DNA of 64,000 nt from Cyanobacteriota bacterium (GCA_046342315.1 JBKDPV010000025.1:1227-65226); one strand, 5' to 3'; positions 27,322-37,281 are shown, counted from the stretch's first letter. Made by a program: numbers and translations. Notes: a model not told the origin generated them from the letters alone.

Positions 27322-28337
27322 TGGCCGTCGAGCCGTCTCCCCCCCGCCCGGAAGCCTCCGGGGGCGTCACTCCCTGGTGGCGCGACCGCCGGGTTGTGCC
27401 CTGGGTCGTGCAGGCTGCCGTGGGTCTGGTGGTGCTGCTGGCGATCGCCTTCCTGCTGGGCAACCTGGTGCGCAACCTCACCGCCGCCGGTCTGCTGCTG
27501 AGCTGGCGCTGGCTGAACCAGCCCGCCGGCTTCGACATCTCCGAATCGCTGATCCCCTTCAACGCTCAGCTGCCCTACTGGCGTGCTCTGGCGGCGGGCC
27601 TGGTGAACACGATCCGGGCCGTGCTGGTGGGTCTGGTGGGCGCCACCCTGCTGGGCACCCTGGTGGGCATGGCCTCCTTCAGCCACAACGGCCTGCTCAA
27701 GCGCCTTGCCCGCATCTACGTGGAGGTGGTGCGCAACATCCCGCTGCTCCTGCAGCTGGTGTTCTGGTATTTCGTGGTGTTCCTCACCCTCCCCAACGGG
27801 GCGGCTGCCCTGCAGCTGCCGGGGATCGTACTGGCCAAGTCGGGCCTCTACTTGGCCGGGCTGGGAGAGGGTCTGCGTTGGCTGGGTCCACAGCTGGTGA
27901 ATGGCGTCTGGCAGGCCCCGATCCGGCTCACGGTGGAATTCGCGGCCCTGCTCACCGGCCTGATCGTGTATTCCGGCGCCTTCATCGCCGAAGTGGTGCG
28001 CGGCGGCCTGGCGGCGGTGCCCAAGGGGCAGTGGGAGGCGGCCTCCTCCCTGGGCCTGGGCTGGTTCGCCACCCTGCGCCACATCGTGCTGCCCCAGTCG
28101 CTGCGGGTGATCGTGCCCGGCCTCAACACCCAGTACATCTCCCTGGCCAAGAACTCCTCCCTGGCGGTGGCGGTGGGCTACACCGATCTCTATTCCGTGG
28201 CCGAAACCACCCTCAACCAGACCGGCCGTGCGGTGGAGGTGGTGCTGGTGCTGCTGGCCGCCTACCTCACTCTCGATCTGCTGATCTCGCTGCTGATGAA
28301 CGGCCTCAACCATCTCGTGCAGATCAAGGAGCGCTGA
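27321..28337 (+). CDS. natG: Amino-acid ABC transporter permease (NatG/AapQ family)
   Basis: YVEVVRNIPLLLQL, AEVVRGG...KGQWEAA (EAA motif) and KNSSLAVAVGY. Confidence 0.88.
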   Translation: MAVEPSPPRPEASGGVTPWWRDRRVVPWVVQAAVGLVVLLAIAFLLGNLVRNLTAAGLLLSWRWLNQPAGFDISESLIPFNAQLPYWRALAAGLVNTIRAVLVGLVGATLLGTLVGMASFSHNGLLKRLARIYVEVVRNIPLLLQLVFWYFVVFLTLPNGAAALQLPGIVLAKSGLYLAGLGEGLRWLGPQLVNGVWQAPIRLTVEFAALLTGLIVYSGAFIAEVVRGGLAAVPKGQWEAASSLGLGWFATLRHIVLPQSLRVIVPGLNTQYISLAKNSSLAVAVGYTDLYSVAETTLNQTGRAVEVVLVLLAAYLTLDLLISLLMNGLNHLVQIKER

Positions 28338-28338
28338 G

Positions 28339-29550
28339 ATGCAAGCCCTGATCCGCCGCCTGCGCAGCGAGCTGTTCGCCACACCGGCCGACGCTGTGAT
28401 CAGCGTCACCCTGCTCACGATCCTGGCGGCGGCTGCGGCCGGCTTCCTGCACTGGGCGCTCCGTCAGGCCGAGTGGGCCGTGGTGCAGGTGAACAGCACC
28501 CTGTTCGCCGTAGGCCGCTACCCGATCGAGCAGCAGTGGCGCCTGTGGTTGCTCACCGCCCTGCTCGCCGCCGCCACCGGGGCCACCTGGGGCATGCTGC
28601 GGGCCCATCCCCGGCGCGACCGCAGCGGCCAGCTCTGGCCCCGCAACGACCGGCTCGCGGTGGCCGTGCTGATCGCGGTCGCCCTCTGGGTTCCCTTCAC
28701 CTTGGGGCTCACCCCTGCGATCCAGCTGCGCTGGTGGGGCCTGACGGCCCTGCTGGTGGTGGCCCGCTGGCTGGCGGGCCGGTTCGGGGCCGGCCTGTCT
28801 CCTGCCGTCAAGAAAGTGCTGCCGATCGTCTGGCCCGTGCTCTACCTGGTGGGCATGGTGCTGATCGGTGGCGGCCTGGGGCTGGCCCGGGTGGCCCCCG
28901 CCGAGTGGGGCGGTCTGCTGCTCACCCTGCTGGCGTCGAGCTTCGCGATCCTGCTCTGCCTGCCGATCGGTGTGCTGCTGGCCCTGGGCCGCCGCAGCGA
29001 CCTGCCCCTGCTGCGCTGGGGTTCGGTGCTCTACATCGAGTTCATCCGCGGCGCCCCGCTGATCACCCTGCTGTTCCTCGGCCAGAACATCCTCGGCTTC
29101 CTGCTGCCCGGCGGTCTGGCGCCGGATCGGGTGTGGCGGGCGGCCTGGGTGCTCACCTTCTTCGCTGCCGCTTACCTGGCCGAGGCGGTGCGCTCCGGCC
29201 TGGCGGCGGTGCCCCGGGGCCAGCTGGAGGCGGCCCGCTCCCTCGGCCTCTCTTCGGCCCAGGCGCTGCGGCTGGTGGTGCTGCCCCAGGCCCTGCGGGT
29301 GGCCCTGCCGGCGATGGTGGGGCAGTTCATCTCCCTGCTGCAGGACACCACGCTGCTGTCGCTGATCGGCCTGCTCGATCTGCTCGGCGTGGCCCGCACC
29401 GTGATGGCCAACCCGGCCTTCCTGGGGCGCAACGCCGAGGTGTACCTCACCCTGGCGATCCTGTTCTGGTGCTGCTGCGCGGCCCTGGGCCTGGGCAGCC
29501 GGGCGCTGGAGCGCCGCCTCGACCCCCATGCCGTGCCGTCACGCGTCTGA
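28339..29550 (+). CDS. natH: Amino-acid ABC transporter permease (NatH/AapM family)
   Basis: YIEFIRGAPLITLLF, AEAVRSGL...GQLEAA and QDTTL. Confidence 0.86.
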   Translation: MQALIRRLRSELFATPADAVISVTLLTILAAAAAGFLHWALRQAEWAVVQVNSTLFAVGRYPIEQQWRLWLLTALLAAATGATWGMLRAHPRRDRSGQLWPRNDRLAVAVLIAVALWVPFTLGLTPAIQLRWWGLTALLVVARWLAGRFGAGLSPAVKKVLPIVWPVLYLVGMVLIGGGLGLARVAPAEWGGLLLTLLASSFAILLCLPIGVLLALGRRSDLPLLRWGSVLYIEFIRGAPLITLLFLGQNILGFLLPGGLAPDRVWRAAWVLTFFAAAYLAEAVRSGLAAVPRGQLEAARSLGLSSAQALRLVVLPQALRVALPAMVGQFISLLQDTTLLSLIGLLDLLGVARTVMANPAFLGRNAEVYLTLAILFWCCCAALGLGSRALERRLDPHAVPSRV

Positions 29551-29569
29551 CCCCCTCCTCCATCCACCG

Positions 29570-30319
29570 ATGAGCCATCCCACCAGTGAGACGATGATCG
29601 AGGCCCGCGGGGTCGAGAAGTGGTACCCCAACGGTTTCCACGCCCTGCGCGGTGCCGACCTCACCGTGCGGCGCGGCGAGGTGGTGGTGATCATGGGCCC
29701 TTCGGGTTCGGGCAAGAGCACCTTCATCCGCACCTTCAATGCCCTGGAGGATTTCCAGAAGGGCAGCATCACCGTCGATGGCATCGCCCTCTCCAACGAC
29801 CTGCGCAACATCGATGCGATCCGCCGCGAGGTGGGCATGGTGTTCCAGCAGTTCAACCTTTTCCCGCACCTCTCGGTGATGGATAACCTCACCCTGGCGC
29901 CGGTGCTGGTGCGCAAGCGCCCGAAGGCGGAGGTTTCGGAGCAGGCGCGGGCGCTTCTGGAGCGTGTCGGCATCGCCGAGCAGGCCGACAAGTTCCCCGG
30001 CCAGCTTTCGGGCGGCCAGCAGCAGCGGGTGGCGATCGCCCGGGCGTTGTGCATGGAGCCGCGCATCCTGCTGTTCGACGAACCCACCAGCGCCCTCGAT
30101 CCGGAGATGGTGCGTGAGGTGCTGGAGGTGATGCAGAACCTCGCCGCCGACGACATCACGATGGTGGTGGTCACCCACGAGGTGAAGTTCGCCCGCCATG
30201 TGGCCCATCGCGTGGTGCTGATGGCCGATGGGGTGGTCGTGGAGGAAGCGCCCCCAGAAACCTTCTTCACCAACCCGGCTCACGAGCGCACCCGCCGGTT
30301 CCTCGATCAGATTCTGTGA
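29570..30319 (+). CDS. Polar amino-acid ABC transporter ATP-binding protein
   Basis: GPSGSGKS Walker A, LSGGQQQRVAIARAL signature, LLFDEPTSALDPE; ATG at 29570. Confidence 0.93.
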   Translation: MSHPTSETMIEARGVEKWYPNGFHALRGADLTVRRGEVVVIMGPSGSGKSTFIRTFNALEDFQKGSITVDGIALSNDLRNIDAIRREVGMVFQQFNLFPHLSVMDNLTLAPVLVRKRPKAEVSEQARALLERVGIAEQADKFPGQLSGGQQQRVAIARALCMEPRILLFDEPTSALDPEMVREVLEVMQNLAADDITMVVVTHEVKFARHVAHRVVLMADGVVVEEAPPETFFTNPAHERTRRFLDQIL

Positions 30320-30349
30320 TTTACCTGGACAACCTGGGAGAAAGCTTCC

Positions 30350-31249
30350 ATGATTAACCTGGAAAAGTATTCGCTATCCAGCGAGGATCTTGCCACAATC
30401 GAGGAGCTCCTCGCTAAGACGGGCCGAAACGTAAGCTTGCAAGACCTCTATCAACTGATGGATGAGGTCTGGTACGACTTTGGCTGCGACCCAAATCATT
30501 ACGATGAGGAGAAGTATAATGCTTTCTATCGTCATCCCGTCTGGCTTCTCAATGGTATCTTTATTGAGCAGCACGAAGAATCATTGAGCCACCGCTTGGT
30601 CATTGCAGGCACAATTGGAGAGAGGAAGTCCGCCAAGGTGCTTGATTTTGGCGGTGGATTCGGCACCTTGGCCAGGATGATTGCCACGGCGAATCCTGAT
30701 TGTTCGGTGGATATCTGGGACCCATTCCCTCCTCAGCACGGCATCGAAGCGTGTGCTGCCTATGCTTCGATCCGCTTTGTTTCGTCCCCGCTGGATGATT
30801 CTTATGATGCACTTGTGTGTACGGATGTGTTAGAGCATGTGCACGATCCTCTGGCTCTGCTCGCCACCATGGTGCAGAAGGTGAGGGTTGGAGGTGTATT
30901 GATCATCTATAACTGTTTCTACAGAGTGATCCAATGTCATCTTCCATCCACTTTTCACCTCATTCATACCTTCGATGAATTTTGCCAGCTGCTTGGCTTG
31001 AGGGTTGAGGGCAAGACAAAGGACGACCACGCCACGATCTACGTCAAGGAAGCTGATGTGGTCCCCGATTGGAAGCTGATCCGTCGTCGTGAGAAGGCTT
31101 CCATCCTCTCGCACCGCATCAATCTATGGCAAAAAGATCATCCTGAGTCGGGTCCTCTCCGGCATAAGCTTGCTGTTATTCAGGCAGATCCTCTCTACTA
31201 TCCTGACAAGATTCTGCGGCGATTGATTCAGGTGTTTACCGGGCCTTGA
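30350..31249 (+). CDS. Class I SAM-dependent methyltransferase (low GC)
   Basis: VLDFGGGFG motif I and DALVCTDVLEHVHDP; 28/60 G+C at 30541-30600. Confidence 0.8.
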   Translation: MINLEKYSLSSEDLATIEELLAKTGRNVSLQDLYQLMDEVWYDFGCDPNHYDEEKYNAFYRHPVWLLNGIFIEQHEESLSHRLVIAGTIGERKSAKVLDFGGGFGTLARMIATANPDCSVDIWDPFPPQHGIEACAAYASIRFVSSPLDDSYDALVCTDVLEHVHDPLALLATMVQKVRVGGVLIIYNCFYRVIQCHLPSTFHLIHTFDEFCQLLGLRVEGKTKDDHATIYVKEADVVPDWKLIRRREKASILSHRINLWQKDHPESGPLRHKLAVIQADPLYYPDKILRRLIQVFTGP

Positions 31250-31306
31250 GGAATGTTGTGAGGGCTGGCATCTGATCTGCTTCTGCTTCAGTGATGCCTC
31301 CCGCCG

Positions 31307-32002
31307 TCATCCAGCTGTCACCGTCATCGCCTCCAGCCCGTGCAGGCCCTCATAGAGGAGCCAGACGGCGAACACCAGAGCGAGCACGCCCACCAGCCAT
31401 TCAGCCTTGTGCTGGAGCCATTCCTCCAGGCGGGCGATCGGTTCGCGGATCGAACCGGAACTGGCGATCCAGGCCAGAGGTGGCAACAGCAGCAGCGAGC
31501 TGGCCATCAGGGCGAACAGGCCGCTCACCTCAAGATCGGCGGGGATGCCGGGATGGTTGATCAGCAGCAGCCCCGCTTCCTTGAGATAGAAAACCAGGTT
31601 CTCCGGCGTCAGCAGCGCGCCGGCGGCCCCGATCGGCACCAGCAGCCACGTGTCGAGCCCGGGTAGCCGGTTCATCAGCCGCAGCGCCATGCCCTCCTCC
31701 CCGATCAGGGCCTGGGGGGTGAGCTGATACAGGCCCAGGGCCAGCAGGCCCCCCGCTCCCAGCAGGTCGATCAGCACCTGTTCCCGCTCTCCGTGGCTGA
31801 GGCTCAGGGAGAAGTGCTGCCCCAGCAGCATCAGCACCGCCACCGCGAGCAGGTTGGCCAGGGTCCACCCCAGCACGTAGGCGAAGGAGCGGAGCAGTGG
31901 CGCCCGGCCCAGCAGCAGCAGGGTCACCACCCCGATGTGCAGCGGCGAGAAGGCGATGCCCATCCCGAACAGCGACGACTGGGTGACGAGGGAGGCGTCC
32001 AT
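31307..32002 (-). CDS. GAP/Sap-family membrane protein
   Basis: GIAFSPLHIGVVTLLLL N-terminus, about 6 TM helices, clear paralogy to 52117-52797; ATG at 32002. Confidence 0.65.
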   Translation of the reverse strand: MDASLVTQSSLFGMGIAFSPLHIGVVTLLLLGRAPLLRSFAYVLGWTLANLLAVAVLMLLGQHFSLSLSHGEREQVLIDLLGAGGLLALGLYQLTPQALIGEEGMALRLMNRLPGLDTWLLVPIGAAGALLTPENLVFYLKEAGLLLINHPGIPADLEVSGLFALMASSLLLLPPLAWIASSGSIREPIARLEEWLQHKAEWLVGVLALVFAVWLLYEGLHGLEAMTVTAG

Positions 32003-32089
32003 CGGCGCGGGCGGAAGATCACGCAACCTAACGGCCGTGATTGCCCGGGCGTCTGCTGCCACCCTGGAGAGCGTGGGCACGCCGGCGCC

Positions 32090-33232
32090 ATGTCCGTTTC
32101 GCTGCAGATCGCCAACACGGTCACCGATCTGATCCAGGGCGACGTGCGCGAGCATCTGCCGCTCGAGCGGATCCCGCTGCGGGGCGACGTGCTCGGCCTG
32201 GGCACCACCAGCGGCTGGGACAACGGTGAACTCACCTTCCTCCAGGAGGGCGATGCGGGCGACACACGCATCTGGAAGAGCCAGCCGGCCGATGGCCGCG
32301 TGGTGGCGCTCGAGCCCGGCAGCGGCCTCCAGCACTTTCCCTATGTCTGCTTCAGCGGCGATGCCACGGCCCTGCGGCGTCCGGCGCCGCCCGCCTGCCT
32401 CGGACCCCGGCCAGGGGTACCCCTGCAGGAGCGGATCGCCGAAGCCATGGCCTTCCTCCAGGCGGAGGGCGTGCTGGAGGCGGCGCCGATCTATGGCATG
32501 CGGCTGCGGGCCCGCTGGCAGTCGTTGGTGATCACCGTGGCCTCCAAGCTCTGCCTTGGCGAACTGCGCCGCAATGAGGGTGTGGCCCGGCTCCTGCCGG
32601 GTGGCGCCGCTGCCCGGGCGGTGGGGGCTTCGATCTACGAGCGGCTGCCCCATTTCCGCCTGTCCGCCCAGGATCCCGCTGATCCGGCCGATCCTGTGCG
32701 CTGGCTCGGCGCCAGCCTCCACTGGGAGGGCTGCGGCTTCTGGGACACCCGTCCCGAGAGCGGCCGGGTGACCGTGCCGGTGGCCGGCGCCCACCTCCAT
32801 CTGCATGGCTGCAGCACCGATCTGCGCCACGGCGGCCATCTACACCACGAGCACCCCGACAGCGTGCTCGCGGATCTGGAGCATCTGGTGCTCTACCCCC
32901 TGCAGCACCTGCAGCATCTCGCCAGCGATCTGGCGGTGAGCGAGGCCCACTGGCACGCCGGCGAGCTCCGCTTCACGGTGATCAACCACGGCAGCCTCGA
33001 TGCCAGCGACGTGGACGTGGTGGTGGTGATCGACGATCGATTCAGCGATCACCGCCATCTCTGCCTGCCCTGGCTGGAGGCCGGCGGACGCGAACGGTTC
33101 GCCATGCCCCTGCCACTGCCGGCGGGGTGCCATGAGCTGGAGGTGGTGGTGGATCCGGAGCGCCGCATCCTCGAGCCCGGTGACCTTCGGGACGACAACC
33201 GGGCGCGGTGGGTGGTGCACGGCGATGATTGA
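32090..33232 (+). CDS. Alpha-acetolactate-decarboxylase-like domain fused to a C-terminal CARDB-like domain
   Basis: GLGTTSGWDNGEL and HLHGCSTDLRHGGH (ALDC Zn motif H-x-H-x10-H, 32798-32839); C-terminal SDLAV...VINHG...LEAG...GCHELEVVVDPERRILE resembles CARDB. Confidence 0.65.
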   Translation: MSVSLQIANTVTDLIQGDVREHLPLERIPLRGDVLGLGTTSGWDNGELTFLQEGDAGDTRIWKSQPADGRVVALEPGSGLQHFPYVCFSGDATALRRPAPPACLGPRPGVPLQERIAEAMAFLQAEGVLEAAPIYGMRLRARWQSLVITVASKLCLGELRRNEGVARLLPGGAAARAVGASIYERLPHFRLSAQDPADPADPVRWLGASLHWEGCGFWDTRPESGRVTVPVAGAHLHLHGCSTDLRHGGHLHHEHPDSVLADLEHLVLYPLQHLQHLASDLAVSEAHWHAGELRFTVINHGSLDASDVDVVVVIDDRFSDHRHLCLPWLEAGGRERFAMPLPLPAGCHELEVVVDPERRILEPGDLRDDNRARWVVHGDD

Positions 33233-35354
33233 GGGCCGGCGCATCCCCGGCTGGCTGCGTTTCGATGCCCTGCCGATCGGCAATCAGTGCCTGCTGATGC
33301 TGGCGGCCGGCGCGGTGCTGGGGCTCACGCTGCCAGGGGCGGCGGCGCTGCTGCAACCGCTGGGACTGGCCTTTCTGCAGGCCTCCCAGGTGGTGGTGAT
33401 GCCCTTCCTGATCTGTGAGCTGATCGCCGGCTTCGGGGGGCTGAGTGCCGAGGCCCGCCGCGCTCTGTTGCGGGGCGGTGTCCTGGTGCTGCTGGCGCTC
33501 TGGCTGGTGGCGGCCCTGGTGGTGATCGTGCTGCCTTCGTTCCTGCCGTCGTTGGTGTATTCGGGCTTCTTCCGCTCCGACATCTTCCTGGAGCCCGAGA
33601 CCCCGGATCTGCTCCGCACCTATCTGCCGGACAACATCTTTGCCGCCCTGGCGGCCGACAACTTCCCGGCCGTGGTGCTGTTCAGCTCGGTGCTGGGGAT
33701 CCTGCTGCAGGGGATGGGTGAGCGCCGCGACCTGCTGCCGGTGCTGGAGGCGATGCGCCTGTTGTTCGCCCGGCTGAATCGGCTGGTGACCCACATCATT
33801 CCCTACGGCATCCTCGCCCTCAGCACGATCACCTTCTCCCGCCTGGATCTGGCCCAGCTCGTGCGGATCCAGGCTCTGTTCCAGCTCGGCCTGATCGCTC
33901 TGCTGGCGCTCACCGTGCTCTTCAGCGGCATCGTGCTGGCCTTCACGCCGCTGGGCGCGGGCTCCCTCTGGCGGATCGTGCGGGGGCCCCTGGCGCTCAC
34001 CGCCAGCAGCGCCAACCTGCTGATCGCCCTGCCGCTGCTGATCGCGGGCCTGCGCGAGGAGCTGGAGCTGGCGCCGGGGCGTGCCGAGGATCTCTCGCCC
34101 CTGATCTCGCTCGGCTATGCCCTGCCCACCGTGGGACAGGTGGTCTCGCTGCTGTTCATCCCCTTCGCCGCCTGGAGCGTCGACCGGGCGATGACGCCCC
34201 TGGCGATCGCCCGCATGCTCGTCACCGCCGTGCCCGCGTCCGTGGCCGGCATGAAGGCAGTGGTCCGCCAGGAGCTGCTCAGCCAGGGGCTCCCCCTCGA
34301 TCTGCTGCAGCTGGTGTACGTGAGCGGCGAATGGCTCTACCGCCTGGAGAAGGTTCTGGCCCTCGAGGGTCTGGTGGTGCTGGCGCTGCTCGTGCATTTC
34401 GGAGGCACGGCGCGCCGCATCCGCCTGCTGCCCCTGGTGGGTGGGGCCGGCACGGCCGCCGCCCTGGTGCTGGGGCTTGGCAGCGCCAACCGCGCCCTGC
34501 TGGCCCATCTGCTGCGGGATTCCTATCGCAACGACGCCCGCTTGATGGCTCTGCGCCCGGTGGTGCCGTCCCCGGTGCCCGCTCCCCTGCCGGCCCTGCG
34601 TCCCGAGCCGGTGACCCTGCAGGCGATCCTGGCTCGGCGGGTGCTGCGGGTGGGGGTGCGCCGCGACGGGCTGCCCTGGGCCTTCCGCAACCGTCAGGGG
34701 CGGCTGGTGGGCTTCGACATCGATCTGATGGCCTCCCTGGCCCGCGACCTTGAGGTGAGGCTGGAGGTGAGGGAGGGTTCGCTGGCGGAGCTGGAGCGGT
34801 GGCTGCAGCTCCGCACCATCGACCTGGCGGTGGGCGGCATTCAGGCCAGCCCCCAGCGGGCGATCCGCCAGCACCTCAGTCGGGGCTATCAGGCGGTGCA
34901 TCTGGGCCTGGTGGTGCCGGATGACAAGGTGGCACTGGTGCAGAACCTGCCCAAGCAGCCCCTGGGGCGACCGCTGCGGATCGCGGTCGCCGATGCCGAC
35001 AGCACCGGCCCGGAGCTGCGGGATCGCATCGCCCGGGAGCTGGGAGGCAGCGGCACCCGGCCGGTGGTGGAGCTCCTGTCCGTGGAGTCCAAGGATGTGT
35101 TCTTCACTGCCGCCGGTGTGCAGCGCTTCGATGCCCTGCTGACCACCGCTGAGGGGGGATCGGCCTGGGCGGTGCTGCACCCCCGCACCTCCCTTCTGGC
35201 CGTCTTCCGCGATCGTCTGGGCAGTGAGATGGTGGTGGGGGTGGCCGGGGAGGACCACGCGTTGAGCACCTATCTCGACACCTGGCTGGCCCGGGCCCAG
35301 GCCCGCGGACTCACCGAGTCGCTGTTCCGCCGCTGGATCCGGGCGGAATCCTGA
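33225..35354 (+). CDS. Dicarboxylate/amino acid:cation symporter (DAACS/GltP-like) fused to an SBP family 3 domain
   Basis: YLPDNIFAALAADNFPAVVLFS and LTASSANLLIALP TM region; C-terminal LRVGVRRDGLPW...LVGFDIDLMASLARDL binding-protein motif. Confidence 0.78.
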   Translation: MIEGRRIPGWLRFDALPIGNQCLLMLAAGAVLGLTLPGAAALLQPLGLAFLQASQVVVMPFLICELIAGFGGLSAEARRALLRGGVLVLLALWLVAALVVIVLPSFLPSLVYSGFFRSDIFLEPETPDLLRTYLPDNIFAALAADNFPAVVLFSSVLGILLQGMGERRDLLPVLEAMRLLFARLNRLVTHIIPYGILALSTITFSRLDLAQLVRIQALFQLGLIALLALTVLFSGIVLAFTPLGAGSLWRIVRGPLALTASSANLLIALPLLIAGLREELELAPGRAEDLSPLISLGYALPTVGQVVSLLFIPFAAWSVDRAMTPLAIARMLVTAVPASVAGMKAVVRQELLSQGLPLDLLQLVYVSGEWLYRLEKVLALEGLVVLALLVHFGGTARRIRLLPLVGGAGTAAALVLGLGSANRALLAHLLRDSYRNDARLMALRPVVPSPVPAPLPALRPEPVTLQAILARRVLRVGVRRDGLPWAFRNRQGRLVGFDIDLMASLARDLEVRLEVREGSLAELERWLQLRTIDLAVGGIQASPQRAIRQHLSRGYQAVHLGLVVPDDKVALVQNLPKQPLGRPLRIAVADADSTGPELRDRIARELGGSGTRPVVELLSVESKDVFFTAAGVQRFDALLTTAEGGSAWAVLHPRTSLLAVFRDRLGSEMVVGVAGEDHALSTYLDTWLARAQARGLTESLFRRWIRAES

Positions 35355-35381
35355 GGCGGGCTGCGCTGGTCGCAGTTCCTG

Positions 35382-35588
35382 TCAGTCGCGTCGATCGTTC
35401 TGCTGCTGCAGCCGCTGCACTTGCCGCCGCACCTTCTCGTGGCGCTGCCAGCGGCGCTGGGTGAGCCAGCGCTGCAGGCCGCGATCGAGATCCTCCAGGG
35501 CTTCACCGAAGCGCCGGAACCAGCCCAACGGTCCGCGCTGCCGCGGTGGAGCGTATCCGGGAATGGTTCGGGGATCAGGCTCGTCCAT
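35382..35588 (-). CDS. Small hypothetical protein (68 aa)
   Basis: ATG-started ORF filling the gap after GH57; amphipathic/basic helical C-terminus; no family recognised. Confidence 0.45.
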   Translation of the reverse strand: MDEPDPRTIPGYAPPRQRGPLGWFRRFGEALEDLDRGLQRWLTQRRWQRHEKVRRQVQRLQQQNDRRD

Positions 35589-35658
35589 GGGGGGCGGGGA
35601 GCTCGTTGCTGCACTTTGCTGGAAGTTGATGCGAAACGCATCAAGGTTGGGCTGGCGG

Positions 35659-37224
35659 TCAGGAAAGGGTGGCCCAGTCGGCGGCGTTGAGTTCCGGGAA
35701 CAGCCCGTCCTCGCGGCGCACCGCCGCCAGCCAGTCGTCCCGCAGGGGCGTGCCGTTCTCGATGGCCTGCATCAGCCGCCAGAAGCGGTCGAGATGCCGG
35801 TGGATGCGCTCCCGGGCCAGCTCGGTGGTGGTGCCGGCCCGCAGGATGAAGCTCCAGTCGGAGCTCTGGGCCAGCAGCAGTTCCCGGCCCGCCTGGGTGA
35901 GCCAGCCCCGCTGTTCCGTGCTGCCCACGCCGCGGTTCACGCGGCGCACCATCGCCCGGGCGGCCCGCTGCCATTCCGGCACCACCCAGGCGTTCGTTTC
36001 ATTCAGCCAGTAGTCGTGGTAGCCGCCACTGCCCCAGCTGGAAGGGGAGGGATGGCATACCTGCAGCGAACCCACCCCGTCGAGCACATCGCGCAGGTGG
36101 GTGAAAGTCACCCCGCAGGCTGGGCCCTGGCGGAACAGCTCCGCCAGGAAGGTCGGCCCCTCGAACCACCAGTGGCCGAACAGCTCGGCATCGAACGGGG
36201 CCACCAGCAGCGGCGGCCTCTCGATCGTGGCCGCCAGGGTCTGCAACTGCTGGCTGCGGCCTGCCAGATAGTCGGCGGCATGCTCCTGGATCCGCTCCGC
36301 GGCCACGGCTGGTTCGTAGGGCCGCTTGGCATCCAGCGGTGATCCCGGTGCGCTCACACGATGCAGTTTCAGGCCGAGGGGGCGGCGGCTGCGGATCCCC
36401 TTCGCCAGCAGGATGTCCTCGGGCAGATCCCAGCCCTGGTCCCGGTGGAACTCCCGGTAGGCCGGGTCTCCCGGATACCCCTGGCTGGCACTCCATACCG
36501 GCAGGGTGGAGGTGCTGTCGCGGCCGAAGAAGGCCACACCGGCCGGCGAGCAGATCGGGGCATAGACGCCGTAGCGGGGCCGCGGCAGGGCGTGGAGCAG
36601 GCCGTGGCCATCGAGCAGGGAGTAACGCAGCCCGCAGCTGGCGAGGGTGCGATCGAGGCCCTCGTAGTAGGCGCACTCCGGCAGCCAGATGCCCAGGGGA
36701 CGCTCCCCGAGCAGCCGCCGGTGTTCCCGGATCGCCGTGAGCAGCTGGGCCCGCACCGCCTCCGGGCAGTCGCGCAGGAGGGGCAGGTAGCCGTGGGTGG
36801 CGGCGCAGGTGATCAGATCGACGACCCCGGAGCGCTGCAGGCGCTGGAAGCGGGGCAGCAGGTCGCCACCGACGGCCTGCCAGCGGGCCAGCACACGGCC
36901 CAGCTGGGTTTCCAGGTGGCGGGCCGCCGGGGCCAGCTCCGCCGGGGCCAGGGCGAGCAGGCCGATGCGCAGCTCCAGCCAGGGAGCGAAGCGGCGGTTG
37001 AGGTCGGCGTCGCTCAGCAGCGACAGCAGGGTGGGGGAGAGGCCGAGGGTGAGCCGCGGCCGCTGGGCGGGATCGGCCGCGGCGGCCTCCAGAACCTCCA
37101 GCAGGGGCAGATAACACTCCTGAAGGGCCTGGAAGTACCAGTCCTCCTCGAGCGACCCTGGTTCCCCGCTGCGTACGTAGGGGAGGTGGGCGTGCAGCAC
37201 AAGGGCCAGATCGCCCGAAGCCAT
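35659..37224 (-). CDS. Glycoside hydrolase family 57 (GH57 branching-enzyme type, DUF1957)
   Basis: LHAHLPYVR, ATHGYLP, GIWLPECAY, APFDAELFGHWWFEG and ELLLAQSSDWSF. Confidence 0.9.
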   Translation of the reverse strand: MASGDLALVLHAHLPYVRSGEPGSLEEDWYFQALQECYLPLLEVLEAAAADPAQRPRLTLGLSPTLLSLLSDADLNRRFAPWLELRIGLLALAPAELAPAARHLETQLGRVLARWQAVGGDLLPRFQRLQRSGVVDLITCAATHGYLPLLRDCPEAVRAQLLTAIREHRRLLGERPLGIWLPECAYYEGLDRTLASCGLRYSLLDGHGLLHALPRPRYGVYAPICSPAGVAFFGRDSTSTLPVWSASQGYPGDPAYREFHRDQGWDLPEDILLAKGIRSRRPLGLKLHRVSAPGSPLDAKRPYEPAVAAERIQEHAADYLAGRSQQLQTLAATIERPPLLVAPFDAELFGHWWFEGPTFLAELFRQGPACGVTFTHLRDVLDGVGSLQVCHPSPSSWGSGGYHDYWLNETNAWVVPEWQRAARAMVRRVNRGVGSTEQRGWLTQAGRELLLAQSSDWSFILRAGTTTELARERIHRHLDRFWRLMQAIENGTPLRDDWLAAVRREDGLFPELNAADWATLS

Positions 37225-37281
37225 GGCCCTCCAGCGGTGGGCGCACTGTAAGGGCAGCTTCTAGGGTGCTCGAAAGATCCG

